DNA from: a virus
Taxonomy: Duplodnaviria > Heunggongvirae > Uroviricota > Caudoviricetes
Direction: 5' to 3' (one strand)
Length of the DNA: 64,000 bases
IMG/VR virus record: IMGVR_UViG_2693429713_000009
Within the stretch, counting starts at the first letter, position 1, and every line of letters starts with the position of its first letter. The notes beneath the pieces were generated by a model. It saw only the letters and a program-made list of their open reading frames with translations, was not told the origin of the DNA and made no database searches. The translations under genes and the position numbers were made by a program. Below are positions 1-8,969 of the stretch, one piece after another.

Positions 1-359
1 TCCTCGCGGCGCGCGCGGCGAAAGCTATCACTCTTCTCGAACCACCTGTTTCTGACGTCAATGATGTTGATGATGAACAGCTGGACAAAGAGGCAAGGGA
101 GTTTGCAACGCTTCAGGCTAACCATCCGCAATGGCTGGCAGAGCGCCGGGCGGATGTGGCAACCATTGTTGAAGAATTGGGGTGCGGAGATTACGACCGC
201 AATGGCGAGCGTAAAGCTGGAGAATTCGAGGCCAACGACGAAGAGCTGGATATTGACCCTTCGGCAACGGCTGAAATTTACGGTGATTATGATGCATCTG
301 ATGCAGGGTATGACGCCGGAGATGATGATATCGCGATAGAACCGCCGGAGGATGATTAA
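1..359 (+). CDS. putative terminase small subunit (PacA-like), 3' portion; start upstream of window
   Basis: Frame open from window edge to TAA 357-359; acidic C-terminal tail (DYDASDAGYDAGDDD); stop overlaps ATG of downstream large-terminase gene. Confidence 0.4.
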   Translation, partial: LAARAAKAITLLEPPVSDVNDVDDEQLDKEAREFATLQANHPQWLAERRADVATIVEELGCGDYDRNGERKAGEFEANDEELDIDPSATAEIYGDYDASDAGYDAGDDDIAIEPPEDD

Positions 360-1867
360 TGGCTGGCGGGCGCAAGATTAAATGCGTCACCAGCGATCCA
401 CGCTGGCGCGATATGGTAATCAAATACCGCTACAACTTTACCCAGGCTGTTGTCGATATTTTTGGGATGTTCCCCTCCCACCAGCAGCAGCAGATCATTC
501 AGTCAGTGCAGGAAACGGGGAGTAGGACGACCGTCACGTCCGGACACGGAACGGGGAAGTCGTCCCTTACCGCGATGTTGCTGTTGATTTTTATGATCCT
601 GTTCCCCGATGCCCGTGTCATCATTGTTGCTAACAAGATAGGCCAGGTAAAAACAGGCGTATTCAAATACGTTAAACAGTATTGGGCGAATGCAGTTAAG
701 CGTCATGGGTGGTTGCAGACCTATTTTGTCCTCTCTGACACCATGTTTTATGAGCGCTCCCGTAAGGGGATTTGGGAAGTTCTCTGCAAAGGTTATCGAC
801 TCGGCAACGAAGAAGCGCTGGCGGGGGAACATGCGGCACATTTGCTTCTAATTCTGGATGAAGCATCTGGTATATCTGATAAGGCGATCGGCGTAATGAC
901 CGGTGCTCTTACTGAAGAAGATAACCGGATGTTGATGCTATCCCAGCCAACAAGGCCAAGTGGTTATTTCTACGATTCGCACCATTCTCAAGCAAAAACC
1001 CCAGACAACCCGAAAGGGATCTGGACAGCAATTGTTCTTAACTCGGAAGAATCACCGTTCGTCACACCACAATTCATCAAGCAGAAGCTTCTGGAATATG
1101 GCGGGCGCGATTCTATTGAGTACATGGTCAAGGTGCTTGGTCAGTTCCCACGAGAAATTAACGGCTATTTGCTTGGTCGTGATGAATGCGATCGCGCAGC
1201 TCGCCGCAAGGTGTTGTTGGAGAAAAACTGGGGATGGGTGGCAACGGCTGACGTTGGTAATGGGCGAGATAAGTCGGTCCTCAACATCTGCAAGGTATCT
1301 GGTCACAGGGATAAGCGGCGCGTTGTTAACTTTAAGGTAATGGAGATGCCTGGCACTATGGACCCATTGGCCTTTGCTGACTTCATATATAACGAATGTA
1401 CGCCGGAAAAATACCCGAATATAACAATCGCGGTTGATGCCGATGGTTTTGGTTCTGATACGTGTGCGCAGTTGGTGCGTCGTGGTGCGAACCCGGTACG
1501 TATTCGGTGGGGAAAACCCATGTTTGCGAACAAAGACAGGGAGCGATTTGTTAATCAGCGTGCCTACGCAAATATTATGGCGCGTGATGCCATAAAGTCA
1601 GGGCGTATGCGGATAGACAGTGACCCTAAAACGGCAGAGCAAGCGTCAAAAATCCCCTTTTTACTGAATGAGGAAGGGAAAATGGCGATGATGCGCAAAG
1701 AGCACATGCGGCAAAAGCTAAACATCAAATCGCCTGACCGATGGGATACCTACTGCTTCACTATGCTGGTGGACTATGTGCCTGCTAATGAAGATATTGG
1801 TGCCGAAATGGCAACTTTCCGAGATCAGGTTCTGGCGGATATCGAAATGCCAGATCTGGATATATAA
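359..1867 (+). CDS. terminase large subunit (PacB-like ATPase/nuclease)
   Basis: 502 aa; N-terminal Walker A GHGTGKSS; TAATG coupling to upstream gene; size and layout typical of large terminases. Confidence 0.7.
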   Translation: MAGGRKIKCVTSDPRWRDMVIKYRYNFTQAVVDIFGMFPSHQQQQIIQSVQETGSRTTVTSGHGTGKSSLTAMLLLIFMILFPDARVIIVANKIGQVKTGVFKYVKQYWANAVKRHGWLQTYFVLSDTMFYERSRKGIWEVLCKGYRLGNEEALAGEHAAHLLLILDEASGISDKAIGVMTGALTEEDNRMLMLSQPTRPSGYFYDSHHSQAKTPDNPKGIWTAIVLNSEESPFVTPQFIKQKLLEYGGRDSIEYMVKVLGQFPREINGYLLGRDECDRAARRKVLLEKNWGWVATADVGNGRDKSVLNICKVSGHRDKRRVVNFKVMEMPGTMDPLAFADFIYNECTPEKYPNITIAVDADGFGSDTCAQLVRRGANPVRIRWGKPMFANKDRERFVNQRAYANIMARDAIKSGRMRIDSDPKTAEQASKIPFLLNEEGKMAMMRKEHMRQKLNIKSPDRWDTYCFTMLVDYVPANEDIGAEMATFRDQVLADIEMPDLDI

Positions 1868-1888
1868 AGCCCCGCGATGCGGGGCCAG
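1868..1888. terminator. stem-loop between convergent genes (GCCCCGC-GAT-GCGGGGC)
   Basis: Perfect 7-bp stem directly after pacB-like stop; A/T-rich run on the side facing the minus-strand gene. Confidence 0.45.
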
Positions 1889-1894
1889 TTGTGA

Positions 1895-2932
1895 TTACCA
1901 GAGCTTCGCGGCGTACTGCGTTTGGGGGAATGTGTATCCGTAACGTTCTTCGATTGCTTTGCCGTATTTTTTACGAGCTTCATTCAGTTTAATGCCGGTC
2001 AGGTCGTCTCCAGAGGCCATCATTACGTCTAACAATTCCAGATCCATTTTATCCAGCCTTGCCATTGCTTCACGTGATGTACGTATCTTACGCTCAATGA
2101 TATGGCGAATAGCCGGATCGGCATCCTCCAGCATCTTAGCGGATTTCTGCTTAAGGCTTTCATTGCGAATATCGATGTTCCTTAAGATGTACGACTTCGC
2201 AACGTAGCTTGGCTGGTGTTTTTCCAGGTCACGAACACGATATAAGTTAAAATCGCCGAGAAGGCTGCAAGGTACCGATTCGACGCCAGAATAAATTGTA
2301 ATGCTCCGGCGTTCACCAACATTATTGACAACGGGGATCGTTGTCTTCGGTAGTCTTGCGAAAACCAATGCGCCATGTGCGCCAACTCTAAAGCGAGAAA
2401 GGGCATTGCTGCCTTCGATGTTTGTTGTCAGCACAACATCTGTATATGCCTCTTTACGCGCCCGGTAGATCTCGCCTTCAGGCTCAGCTTCAAAGAAGCG
2501 CTGTTCTTCTTCAAGAGCACCTACGATTTGAGAAAAAACCCTATTTTTCAGGCTTTTCTTTATGATTTTGTCGTATTTTTTGAGCAATTGTTCACGTGTA
2601 AATGTACGTGTTGTTGTAGCGCTTTGCACAACAACATGCGTGCTTTGATTGGTGTCCTCAATGATGAATGGGATCGGAGAATATACAGACTCAACAATGT
2701 TCGACGCTTTGCCGTCGGCATCGCGACACATGTCAACGAAGGCTTTCCATTCAGCAAGACATTTTTCAGCTTCTTCTAATATGTTTTGGTCATGCGTTAA
2801 TGCAACATGGCGGAATTCCTCGCCAGCATAACTGGTATCATGGAAAACAGAGTTTGCGACCACCAGCTCTTTCCACCGTTCAGCGGTTTGCAGGAACCGT
2901 TTGTACTCTTTCTCGATCGACTTCTTACTCAT
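1895..2932 (-). CDS. hypothetical protein; candidate C1-type primary immunity repressor (by position and adjacent operator)
   Basis: 345 aa ORF with AGGA SD; occupies the c1 position between pac genes and lox-cre as I recall it in P1; 17-bp operator-like motif 13 bp upstream of its start; no sequence similarity to P1 C1 recognised. Confidence 0.4.
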   Translation of the reverse strand: MSKKSIEKEYKRFLQTAERWKELVVANSVFHDTSYAGEEFRHVALTHDQNILEEAEKCLAEWKAFVDMCRDADGKASNIVESVYSPIPFIIEDTNQSTHVVVQSATTTRTFTREQLLKKYDKIIKKSLKNRVFSQIVGALEEEQRFFEAEPEGEIYRARKEAYTDVVLTTNIEGSNALSRFRVGAHGALVFARLPKTTIPVVNNVGERRSITIYSGVESVPCSLLGDFNLYRVRDLEKHQPSYVAKSYILRNIDIRNESLKQKSAKMLEDADPAIRHIIERKIRTSREAMARLDKMDLELLDVMMASGDDLTGIKLNEARKKYGKAIEERYGYTFPQTQYAAKLW

Positions 2933-2944
2933 TATTCCTACTCG

Positions 2945-2961
2945 ATTTAGTTTTCTAACAT
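2945..2961 (-). promoter_or_regulatory. operator-like 17-bp motif, site A (ATGTTAGAAAACTAAAT on minus strand)
   Basis: Member of a dispersed motif family (consensus about TGTGTTAGAAAAYTAAA) found in at least 7 intergenic regions. Confidence 0.4.
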
Positions 2962-3142
2962 AAAATTACTATGACAAATTTATGTCGAATAACAGAGTGA
3001 GTAAAGGATCGAACTGTGATTTTTTGTCATCAATTTTAGAAAACCAACTGTATAAACCACACTTCGCAAATTAAAGACCATGAAGGCAACGTGTTACTGG
3101 TCAGAATCAATCTGTGATGGATTAAAAAAAATCGCCATTTTA

Positions 3143-3174
3143 TAACTTTAAATAATTGGCATTATTTAAAGTTA
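3143..3174. other. lox-like recombination site candidate (inverted arms around an asymmetric core)
   Basis: TAACTTTAAATA-ATTGGCAT-TATTTAAAGTTA: 12-bp perfect inverted arms flanking an 8-bp asymmetric spacer, about 150 bp upstream of the Cre-like gene. Confidence 0.4.
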
Positions 3175-3326
3175 GGCTATAATCATGTGTAGATGAACAG
3201 TGTTGACATCACTGAAAATACGTGCCTCGAATCAAAGGCTTGTATTTTGAAAATTAACTTATAGCTACCCTGTCATTTTTATATTTTTCGCGTAGCGTCA
3301 TCTGTATATAGAGGTCAAATAGTTTC

Positions 3327-4355
3327 ATGAGTGAATTAATTATCTCTGGCAGTTCCGGTGGTTTTCTGCGCAACATTGGCAAAGAGTACCAGGAAGCCGC
3401 AGAAAACTTTATGCGGTTCATGAATGACCAGGGGGCTTATGCGCCGAATACTCTGCGCGACCTCCGTTTGGTGTTTCATTCCTGGGCGCGCTGGTGTCAC
3501 GCTCGCCAGCTTGCCTGGTTTCCGATCTCACCAGAAATGGCCCGCGAGTATTTTCTTCAGCTGCATGATGCCGATCTGGCTTCGACCACCATTGATAAGC
3601 ACTACGCCATGCTGAACATGCTGCTTTCGCATTGTGGCCTTCCGCCACTTTCGGATGATAAAAGTGTTTCTCTGGCTATGCGGCGCATCCGGCGCGAAGC
3701 GGCAACTGAAAAAGGCGAACGAACAGGCCAGGCTATACCGCTGCGGTGGGACGATCTGAAACTGCTCGACGTCCTGTTGTCCAGGTCAGAACGGCTGGTG
3801 GACCTGCGCAACCGGGCTTTTCTCTTTGTTGCATACAATACGCTGATGCGTATGTCGGAAATATCGCGTATTCGTGTAGGTGATCTGGACCAAACAGGTG
3901 ACACTGTCACGCTACATATTTCACACACGAAGACAATAACGACCGCCGCCGGGCTTGATAAGGTGCTTTCCCGTCGCACTACCGCTGTGCTGAATGACTG
4001 GCTGGATGTTTCCGGGCTTCGCGAACACCCTGACGCAGTGCTGTTCCCGCCGATACACCGTAGCAATAAGGCCAGGATCACGACAACGCCACTTACTGCA
4101 CCTGCAATGGAGAAAATATTCAGCGACGCCTGGGTGTTGCTGAATAAAAGAGATGCTACGCCAAACAAAGGAAGATACCGGACGTGGACCGGGCATAGTG
4201 CACGCGTCGGGGCCGCTATTGATATGGCTGAAAAGCAGGTGTCTATGGTGGAGATCATGCAGGAAGGAACCTGGAAGAAACCGGAAACACTTATGCGGTA
4301 TCTCCGCCGTGGCGGCGTGTCTGTGGGGGCTAATAGCCGCCTGATGGATTCGTAA
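3327..4355 (+). CDS. cre: Cre-like tyrosine site-specific recombinase
   Basis: 342 aa; alignable by eye with P1 Cre (…SVSLAMRRIRRE…, AYNTLMRMSEISRIRV, TGHSARVGAA, LMRYLRR with catalytic Tyr); R-K-H-R-W-Y positions conserved. Confidence 0.85.
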   Translation: MSELIISGSSGGFLRNIGKEYQEAAENFMRFMNDQGAYAPNTLRDLRLVFHSWARWCHARQLAWFPISPEMAREYFLQLHDADLASTTIDKHYAMLNMLLSHCGLPPLSDDKSVSLAMRRIRREAATEKGERTGQAIPLRWDDLKLLDVLLSRSERLVDLRNRAFLFVAYNTLMRMSEISRIRVGDLDQTGDTVTLHISHTKTITTAAGLDKVLSRRTTAVLNDWLDVSGLREHPDAVLFPPIHRSNKARITTTPLTAPAMEKIFSDAWVLLNKRDATPNKGRYRTWTGHSARVGAAIDMAEKQVSMVEIMQEGTWKKPETLMRYLRRGGVSVGANSRLMDS

Positions 4356-4356
4356 A

Positions 4357-4372
4357 TTAAATTTCTAACACA
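4357..4372 (-). promoter_or_regulatory. operator-like motif, site B (TGTGTTAGAAATTTAA on minus strand)
   Basis: Same motif family as site A; lies immediately after cre stop and upstream of the next operon. Confidence 0.35.
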
Positions 4373-4428
4373 TCTTTTTAGATTAACATCTTTGCTGTAA
4401 AGTACCCTCGCCTACTTAGGAGGGTGCT

Positions 4429-4773
4429 TTGCAGAGTCAAATCACGGAATCAAGACGCTTCAAGGTGGATGGTTACACCGTAACCTTCGCCGCTGGTGTT
4501 AAGAACAGTCATGCTGTCGTTGTGTTCGGCATCATGACCGGGCTTGAGGCCGTCCCTGTGTTTACCCTCGAAAAAAACTGGCGAAATCTGGCGGAAGCAG
4601 AAAGCTACGTCCGGAAAGTAACCATCATTGCCGCCGAAAAACTCCTGGCCCACTATCAGGAAAATTATCGCACTATGGTCGAGAAGATTAATCTCGCTTT
4701 CACTCGCCCCACTACCGGCTTTATTGCACCGGATACTAATGCAGGTCGATATCCTGCAAGGGGGCGTCGGTGA
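4429..4773 (+). CDS. hypothetical protein (TTG start)
   Basis: 114 aa ORF preceded by AGGAGG; ATGA overlap with next gene. Confidence 0.5.
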   Translation: MQSQITESRRFKVDGYTVTFAAGVKNSHAVVVFGIMTGLEAVPVFTLEKNWRNLAEAESYVRKVTIIAAEKLLAHYQENYRTMVEKINLAFTRPTTGFIAPDTNAGRYPARGRR

Positions 4774-5246
4774 AAACTTATTACCCATCTCTGAATTGTT
4801 ACCCATCTTCCTATCCAGAATTATCCGGGAAGCTGTTAGCTCTATTAGCTAAAGCACCTACGGAATGGTTTAAGCCAGTCGTTATCAATCCACACTTCCT
4901 GGATTACGGAACTGTTCGCACTCGTAACGAACTCAAAAACCTACTGGCGCATGGATTCATTCGACACCGTGCCGGGAAAGGCTATCAGTTAGCGATTGCG
5001 CCAGAAGAGGCCGTGCGGCTATTCGCATATCGTGACAGCCAGACAAAAGCTCGGGTAATAGCTCAAATACTTCATAACGGCAGCACCTATGCCCGCCAGT
5101 TTGGCGGCGACACGTCGCAGTTCTTGCGGGCGGTGCGATCGCTGGAGGAGCAAGGAGTTATTGAAAGTTCCTGTCTTCCTGTTCCTACCGTTCCACATAT
5201 CAAACGTCGGGTTTACACCTTCACGCAGAGAGCTAAAAAACAATGA
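4770..5246 (+). CDS. hypothetical protein
   Basis: 158 aa ORF translationally coupled on both sides (ATGA overlaps). Confidence 0.5.
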   Translation: MKTYYPSLNCYPSSYPELSGKLLALLAKAPTEWFKPVVINPHFLDYGTVRTRNELKNLLAHGFIRHRAGKGYQLAIAPEEAVRLFAYRDSQTKARVIAQILHNGSTYARQFGGDTSQFLRAVRSLEEQGVIESSCLPVPTVPHIKRRVYTFTQRAKKQ

Positions 5247-5737
5247 TTTACGTAAAAGTGAAACGCCTACATCCGGCAGCAAAACTTCCAGCTTATGCCA
5301 CCTCCGGATCGGCGGCGATGGATTTTGAGGCTGTTGAAATAAAACCATGCGTCGATAGCAATGGTGCAATTTCCTCAAGCTGGTGGGTGTACACCGGACT
5401 GGCTATGGAGATCCCGCCCGGCTGGTGTCTGAAACTCTATCCGCGCTCCGGATTGGGCTGCAAAAAACATACTCGCCTGGCTAACTGCGTAGGAATTATC
5501 GACTCCGATTATCGCGGTGAAATCATGGCAAAACTGATTACTGATCCAGGCGGGGAAGTCGTTCGTCTCAAGCCTGGAATGGCTGTCATGCAAGGCATTT
5601 TTGAGCGTGTTGAACAAGTCTCACTAGTCGAGGTTGAGGAACTCAACGAAACGGAACGTGGTGCTGGTGGCTTTGGTAGCACATCGGAAGACCACTTTGA
5701 AATCAAGCGCACACCGCTTCAGTACGCAAAGTTTTAA
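5243..5737 (+). CDS. dut: dUTP diphosphatase (dUTPase)
   Basis: 164 aa; hallmark dUTPase motifs (…YPRSGLG…, GIIDSDYRGE). Confidence 0.8.
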   Translation: MIYVKVKRLHPAAKLPAYATSGSAAMDFEAVEIKPCVDSNGAISSSWWVYTGLAMEIPPGWCLKLYPRSGLGCKKHTRLANCVGIIDSDYRGEIMAKLITDPGGEVVRLKPGMAVMQGIFERVEQVSLVEVEELNETERGAGGFGSTSEDHFEIKRTPLQYAKF

Positions 5738-5751
5738 GCAGAGGAAAGGCT

Positions 5752-6402
5752 ATGAATTACATGGCAACGAAAGAGCTTTTTAAGTTCCTTCCCAAATACA
5801 AAGCTCACAAAAACGTTAGTGCATCGAAAATCAAAAATGTTGTTATTTTCGGAGTAACTGATGCCCCACTTTGGGGCTGCATTGAACTCGTTGAACCAAA
5901 AGGGGCAACAGTTTGTGTTGACGCAATATTTTTACAAAAACACCGACCAAAAACTGGCGGGTATCTGATCGTTTATGAAAACGGTTATCTGTTCTATGCC
6001 CCGGAGAAACCATTTGAGGAATGCTATGGCCTGGTTAACGACGCCTCCGAAAATGGAACCACGGTCATCATTACGGATGACAACGGCGTGATGATTAATA
6101 TTACCGGGAGCGTAACTATTTCTGCTGGTGGTACCACTACCCAGCAAGAGGAAATCGACCTTGAAGCAGCCGACTTTTCTGATGCGCTAATGTGGCTGAA
6201 AGAAGGAAAAAATGTAGCTCGACGCGAGTGGAAAGGCGAAAAGCAATTCTGCTGGTTAGTTCTCGCTGGGAGCGTCAATTTACACGACATTCAGGTTCCT
6301 TATGGTGACCATTTCGTATTGAAAGATGCACAAAATATGGACAGCGTTTGGTTGCCGTCTGTTGATGATTTACTGGCTTGTGACTGGTTTGTAGTGGAGT
6401 GA
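5752..6402 (+). CDS. hypothetical phage protein with C-terminal DUF2829-like motif
   Basis: 216 aa; C-terminal ALMWLKEGKNVARREWKG…W pattern recalled from a phage DUF family (from memory). Confidence 0.45.
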   Translation: MNYMATKELFKFLPKYKAHKNVSASKIKNVVIFGVTDAPLWGCIELVEPKGATVCVDAIFLQKHRPKTGGYLIVYENGYLFYAPEKPFEECYGLVNDASENGTTVIITDDNGVMINITGSVTISAGGTTTQQEEIDLEAADFSDALMWLKEGKNVARREWKGEKQFCWLVLAGSVNLHDIQVPYGDHFVLKDAQNMDSVWLPSVDDLLACDWFVVE

Positions 6403-6408
6403 TTTGAC

Positions 6409-7176
6409 ATGGAAAGCACCAAAACAATTCAATACCGCTTGCGTAATGGCCTGCTGGTGGCTGTTAACGCCGACATGTCACTGCCGTTTGACACGATTGA
6501 ACGCACTATCATGACGTATCTCGGCTTTAATGAAGAGCTGAATGAAGAGCATGGCGTAGCTATATGGAGTGATGCAGACAGCGGCGTTCGTCGTTACATC
6601 ACCGCCAGGGGCAAAGACTACTCTCTGGAAGAACTGTTTGCCCTTGCGCAGTCTTTCGAATGTGTAGCATTAGACCTGTTTAATGATCCTGCTATAGCGC
6701 AACGACTTATACGCGAGCTTGGGCTATCCGTTACACCAATTATCTTTAAAAATGGCAGCCTGACTGGCACATGGCGCGTAGAACGCATCTCAAACTACCT
6801 TCCATATAACCGACAGTTAAATGGAGTAATCTCCGGCGTTAATCAGCCCGTAGCGTGTGAAAATGTAAACCTGGTTGTCGCTGTTTTGGCAACCGCATGT
6901 CGTGTTATCGGTTTGGCTAAACAGGCATTTATTCATTTCCCAAATGGTGCAGAAGGTAGCGCAGAGATTATCGCGTGTGATTTCGAATTTACCTGGATGC
7001 TACGCGAATATCTGGACCAAACAGTGTTCCGCGCCGAAGAACTGGATATGTATATCACGTCAACGATTCCTGATGATGTGCGTGCTGAAGCAATCGCTAC
7101 AGCAAGGGCCAAATGCCGTGCGGCGATTGCAGAGCAGGCCAAAGAAGAAGTTAAGGAAGTGGCAGATGGCGACTAA
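6409..7176 (+). CDS. hypothetical protein, upstream partner of terminase-like paralog
   Basis: 255 aa ORF; 11-nt overlap with downstream terminase-like gene; same small-then-large arrangement as the pac genes. Confidence 0.45.
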   Translation: MESTKTIQYRLRNGLLVAVNADMSLPFDTIERTIMTYLGFNEELNEEHGVAIWSDADSGVRRYITARGKDYSLEELFALAQSFECVALDLFNDPAIAQRLIRELGLSVTPIIFKNGSLTGTWRVERISNYLPYNRQLNGVISGVNQPVACENVNLVVAVLATACRVIGLAKQAFIHFPNGAEGSAEIIACDFEFTWMLREYLDQTVFRAEELDMYITSTIPDDVRAEAIATARAKCRAAIAEQAKEEVKEVADGD

Positions 7177-8260
7177 GAGCAATATTTATAAAGATCCGCG
7201 CTGGCTGTCGCTGGTGGAGAAATATAAAGACAATTGGGTTCTGGCAGCAAAAGAATTGTTTGATATTGATTTAAGCCACCAGCAACAACAAATTGTTGAA
7301 GCTATACAGCCCAATAATGCAAAAGCTACTGTCACCACTCCGCATGGGATCGGACGACCGCAAGTGCTTGCTGTTATTAGTACCCTTTATACGATTATGT
7401 ATCCTGATTCCCGGACAGTAATTGTTTATCCAAAATCAAATGCTTGCAAAAAAGGAATTGTTGCATATGTGTGGCAATGTTGGGAGGCATTACTGAAAAA
7501 ACAACCTTTTATCATTGAGTATTTTAAGGTCGGTGATAGCGGTCTGATGTTCAATGAATTTTGGGGAATGTGCTTTTGTAACTACCGCCTTAACTATGAA
7601 GATAGCATTGCAGGTCACTACGCCGACCATCTGTTATTCATTATTGTGGATTCCGCACATATAAGCGATCGGGCATACAGTATTGTGTGGGCAAGCATGA
7701 CTAGTGGTGATTCACGCATATTGCTCACTTCAATTCCGTCACCAGAGGAAATAGGATTTTTTTATGATTCTCATCATGGGCGTGCTTTAGCTGAAGATAA
7801 TCCGAGTGGTGTCTATAAAGCCATTAAGCTGAGTGCTGAGGATTCACCATTTATTACCCAAGAATATCTTGATCATTTTGCCGAAAGGTATGGCGGGCGA
7901 AATAGTGATGACTACCGTCGTATGATTCTTGGTGAGTTCCCTGGTATTAGGGAGGCTGTTCTTGAATCAGATATGCCGAAAACAATGCGTTTTTCAATGC
8001 CTGATGGCAGTGAATGGACAATGCCATTACGAGTGATAGCCAAGCATCATGCACAGCACCACGCCAAAAAACATGGCGTTACAACATTAGAGTGGTTGAA
8101 ATCGCACACCATTCCACTCTTCACTGCAGATCACAATGCTATCGTTGAGTGGGCAAAAACAATTCCGTGGGGGAATGTCGCTGAATACGCCCACATGCTA
8201 AAACCGCCGAAAGACAGGCAAGAAATTAGCTGGCTGACAGCAGAAAAAATCATTGAGTGA
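7166..8260 (+). CDS. terminase-large-subunit-like paralog with degenerate Walker A
   Basis: 364 aa; shares DPRW, HQQQQI, FYDSHH, EDSPF, YGGR(D/N)S, LG(Q/E)FP blocks with the 359-1867 terminase, but P-loop is PHGIGRPQ instead of GHGTGKS and the C-terminus is unrelated. Confidence 0.55.
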   Translation: MATKSNIYKDPRWLSLVEKYKDNWVLAAKELFDIDLSHQQQQIVEAIQPNNAKATVTTPHGIGRPQVLAVISTLYTIMYPDSRTVIVYPKSNACKKGIVAYVWQCWEALLKKQPFIIEYFKVGDSGLMFNEFWGMCFCNYRLNYEDSIAGHYADHLLFIIVDSAHISDRAYSIVWASMTSGDSRILLTSIPSPEEIGFFYDSHHGRALAEDNPSGVYKAIKLSAEDSPFITQEYLDHFAERYGGRNSDDYRRMILGEFPGIREAVLESDMPKTMRFSMPDGSEWTMPLRVIAKHHAQHHAKKHGVTTLEWLKSHTIPLFTADHNAIVEWAKTIPWGNVAEYAHMLKPPKDRQEISWLTAEKIIE

Positions 8261-8267
8261 TAGTAGA

Positions 8268-8297
8268 AAGCCCGCCTGGTTGAGCGGGCTTCTTTTC
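8268..8297. terminator. intrinsic terminator hairpin between convergent genes
   Basis: AAGCCCGC-ctggttga-GCGGGCTT followed by CTTTTC. Confidence 0.55.
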
Positions 8298-8676
8298 AAA
8301 TATTGGAACCATATAGTTCACGTAGTTTTTCCGCTACTGAAGATACGGGGATTTCACCAGTTGCAGCCCCCACCGCAAGTTCCACCAGCACGGGAGAATC
8401 ATATACCTGTATACCGTTACGGCGTAGAAATAGCAGCGCACTGTTTAGCGCGGTACGCTTATTGGCATCATTGAATATATGCCCTCTCGCTGTAGCCACC
8501 AGGTAGGTGGCGGAGACTTCGAAAAGGTCGGTGATCTCTTCGTAGGCAACTCTGGCCTGAACTCTCCCGATAATGGCCTCTGCCCTACCCGGATCTGACA
8601 TTCCCGGCAGGCCGCCGTAGCGGTTTATATTCGCATCATGAAGCGCAATAAGTTCTTCCGGTGATATATGCCTCAT
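8296..8676 (-). CDS. doc: Doc toxin (Fic-fold kinase) of the phd-doc addiction module
   Basis: 126 aa; N-terminus [17 protein letters not shown]…; nearly identical to P1 Doc as I recall it. Confidence 0.9.
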   Translation of the reverse strand: MRHISPEELIALHDANINRYGGLPGMSDPGRAEAIIGRVQARVAYEEITDLFEVSATYLVATARGHIFNDANKRTALNSALLFLRRNGIQVYDSPVLVELAVGAATGEIPVSSVAEKLRELYGSNI

Positions 8677-8897
8677 TATCGGTTAACCAGTTCCTTGTTG
8701 GTGGAGTCCAGGGTGTCAAACAGGGATGCAAATTCAGCATCCAGCGCCGCTTTTTTGTAGGCTTCGAAAGTAGCCTTGCTGACAATTACTGCTGGCTCAC
8801 GGCCTCTGCGGGTGATTTCAACCTCTTCCCCGGCTTCAACATTGTTGAGCACTTCAGAAAGGTTGCCGCGCGCGGTACGGAAGTTAATGGATTGCAT
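8676..8897 (-). CDS. phd: Phd antitoxin
   Basis: 73 aa from ATG at 8897 ([17 protein letters not shown]…); stop overlaps doc start. Confidence 0.9.
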   Translation of the reverse strand: MQSINFRTARGNLSEVLNNVEAGEEVEITRRGREPAVIVSKATFEAYKKAALDAEFASLFDTLDSTNKELVNR

Positions 8898-8906
8898 AAA
8901 CACCTC

Positions 8907-8927
8907 GTGTACTCGTTATGTGTACAC
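8907..8927. promoter_or_regulatory. phd-doc operator candidate (GTGTAC…GTGTACAC palindromic elements)
   Basis: GTGTACtcgttatGTGTACAC lies about 10 bp upstream of the phd start codon. Confidence 0.4.
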
Positions 8928-8969
8928 AATTATAAACCTCACAGGCATAAAGCACCAGACCTTTGCAGC

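Noticed and set aside
61-339. 92-aa plus-strand ORF at the window start
   Set aside because: An alternative frame (open from the window edge to 359) has the acidic C-terminus and the stop/start coupling to the terminase gene, so this overlapping frame is unlikely to be the real one.
3602-4258. 218-aa minus-strand ORF
   Set aside because: Antisense inside the Cre-like recombinase gene; Ser/Arg-rich, no start context.
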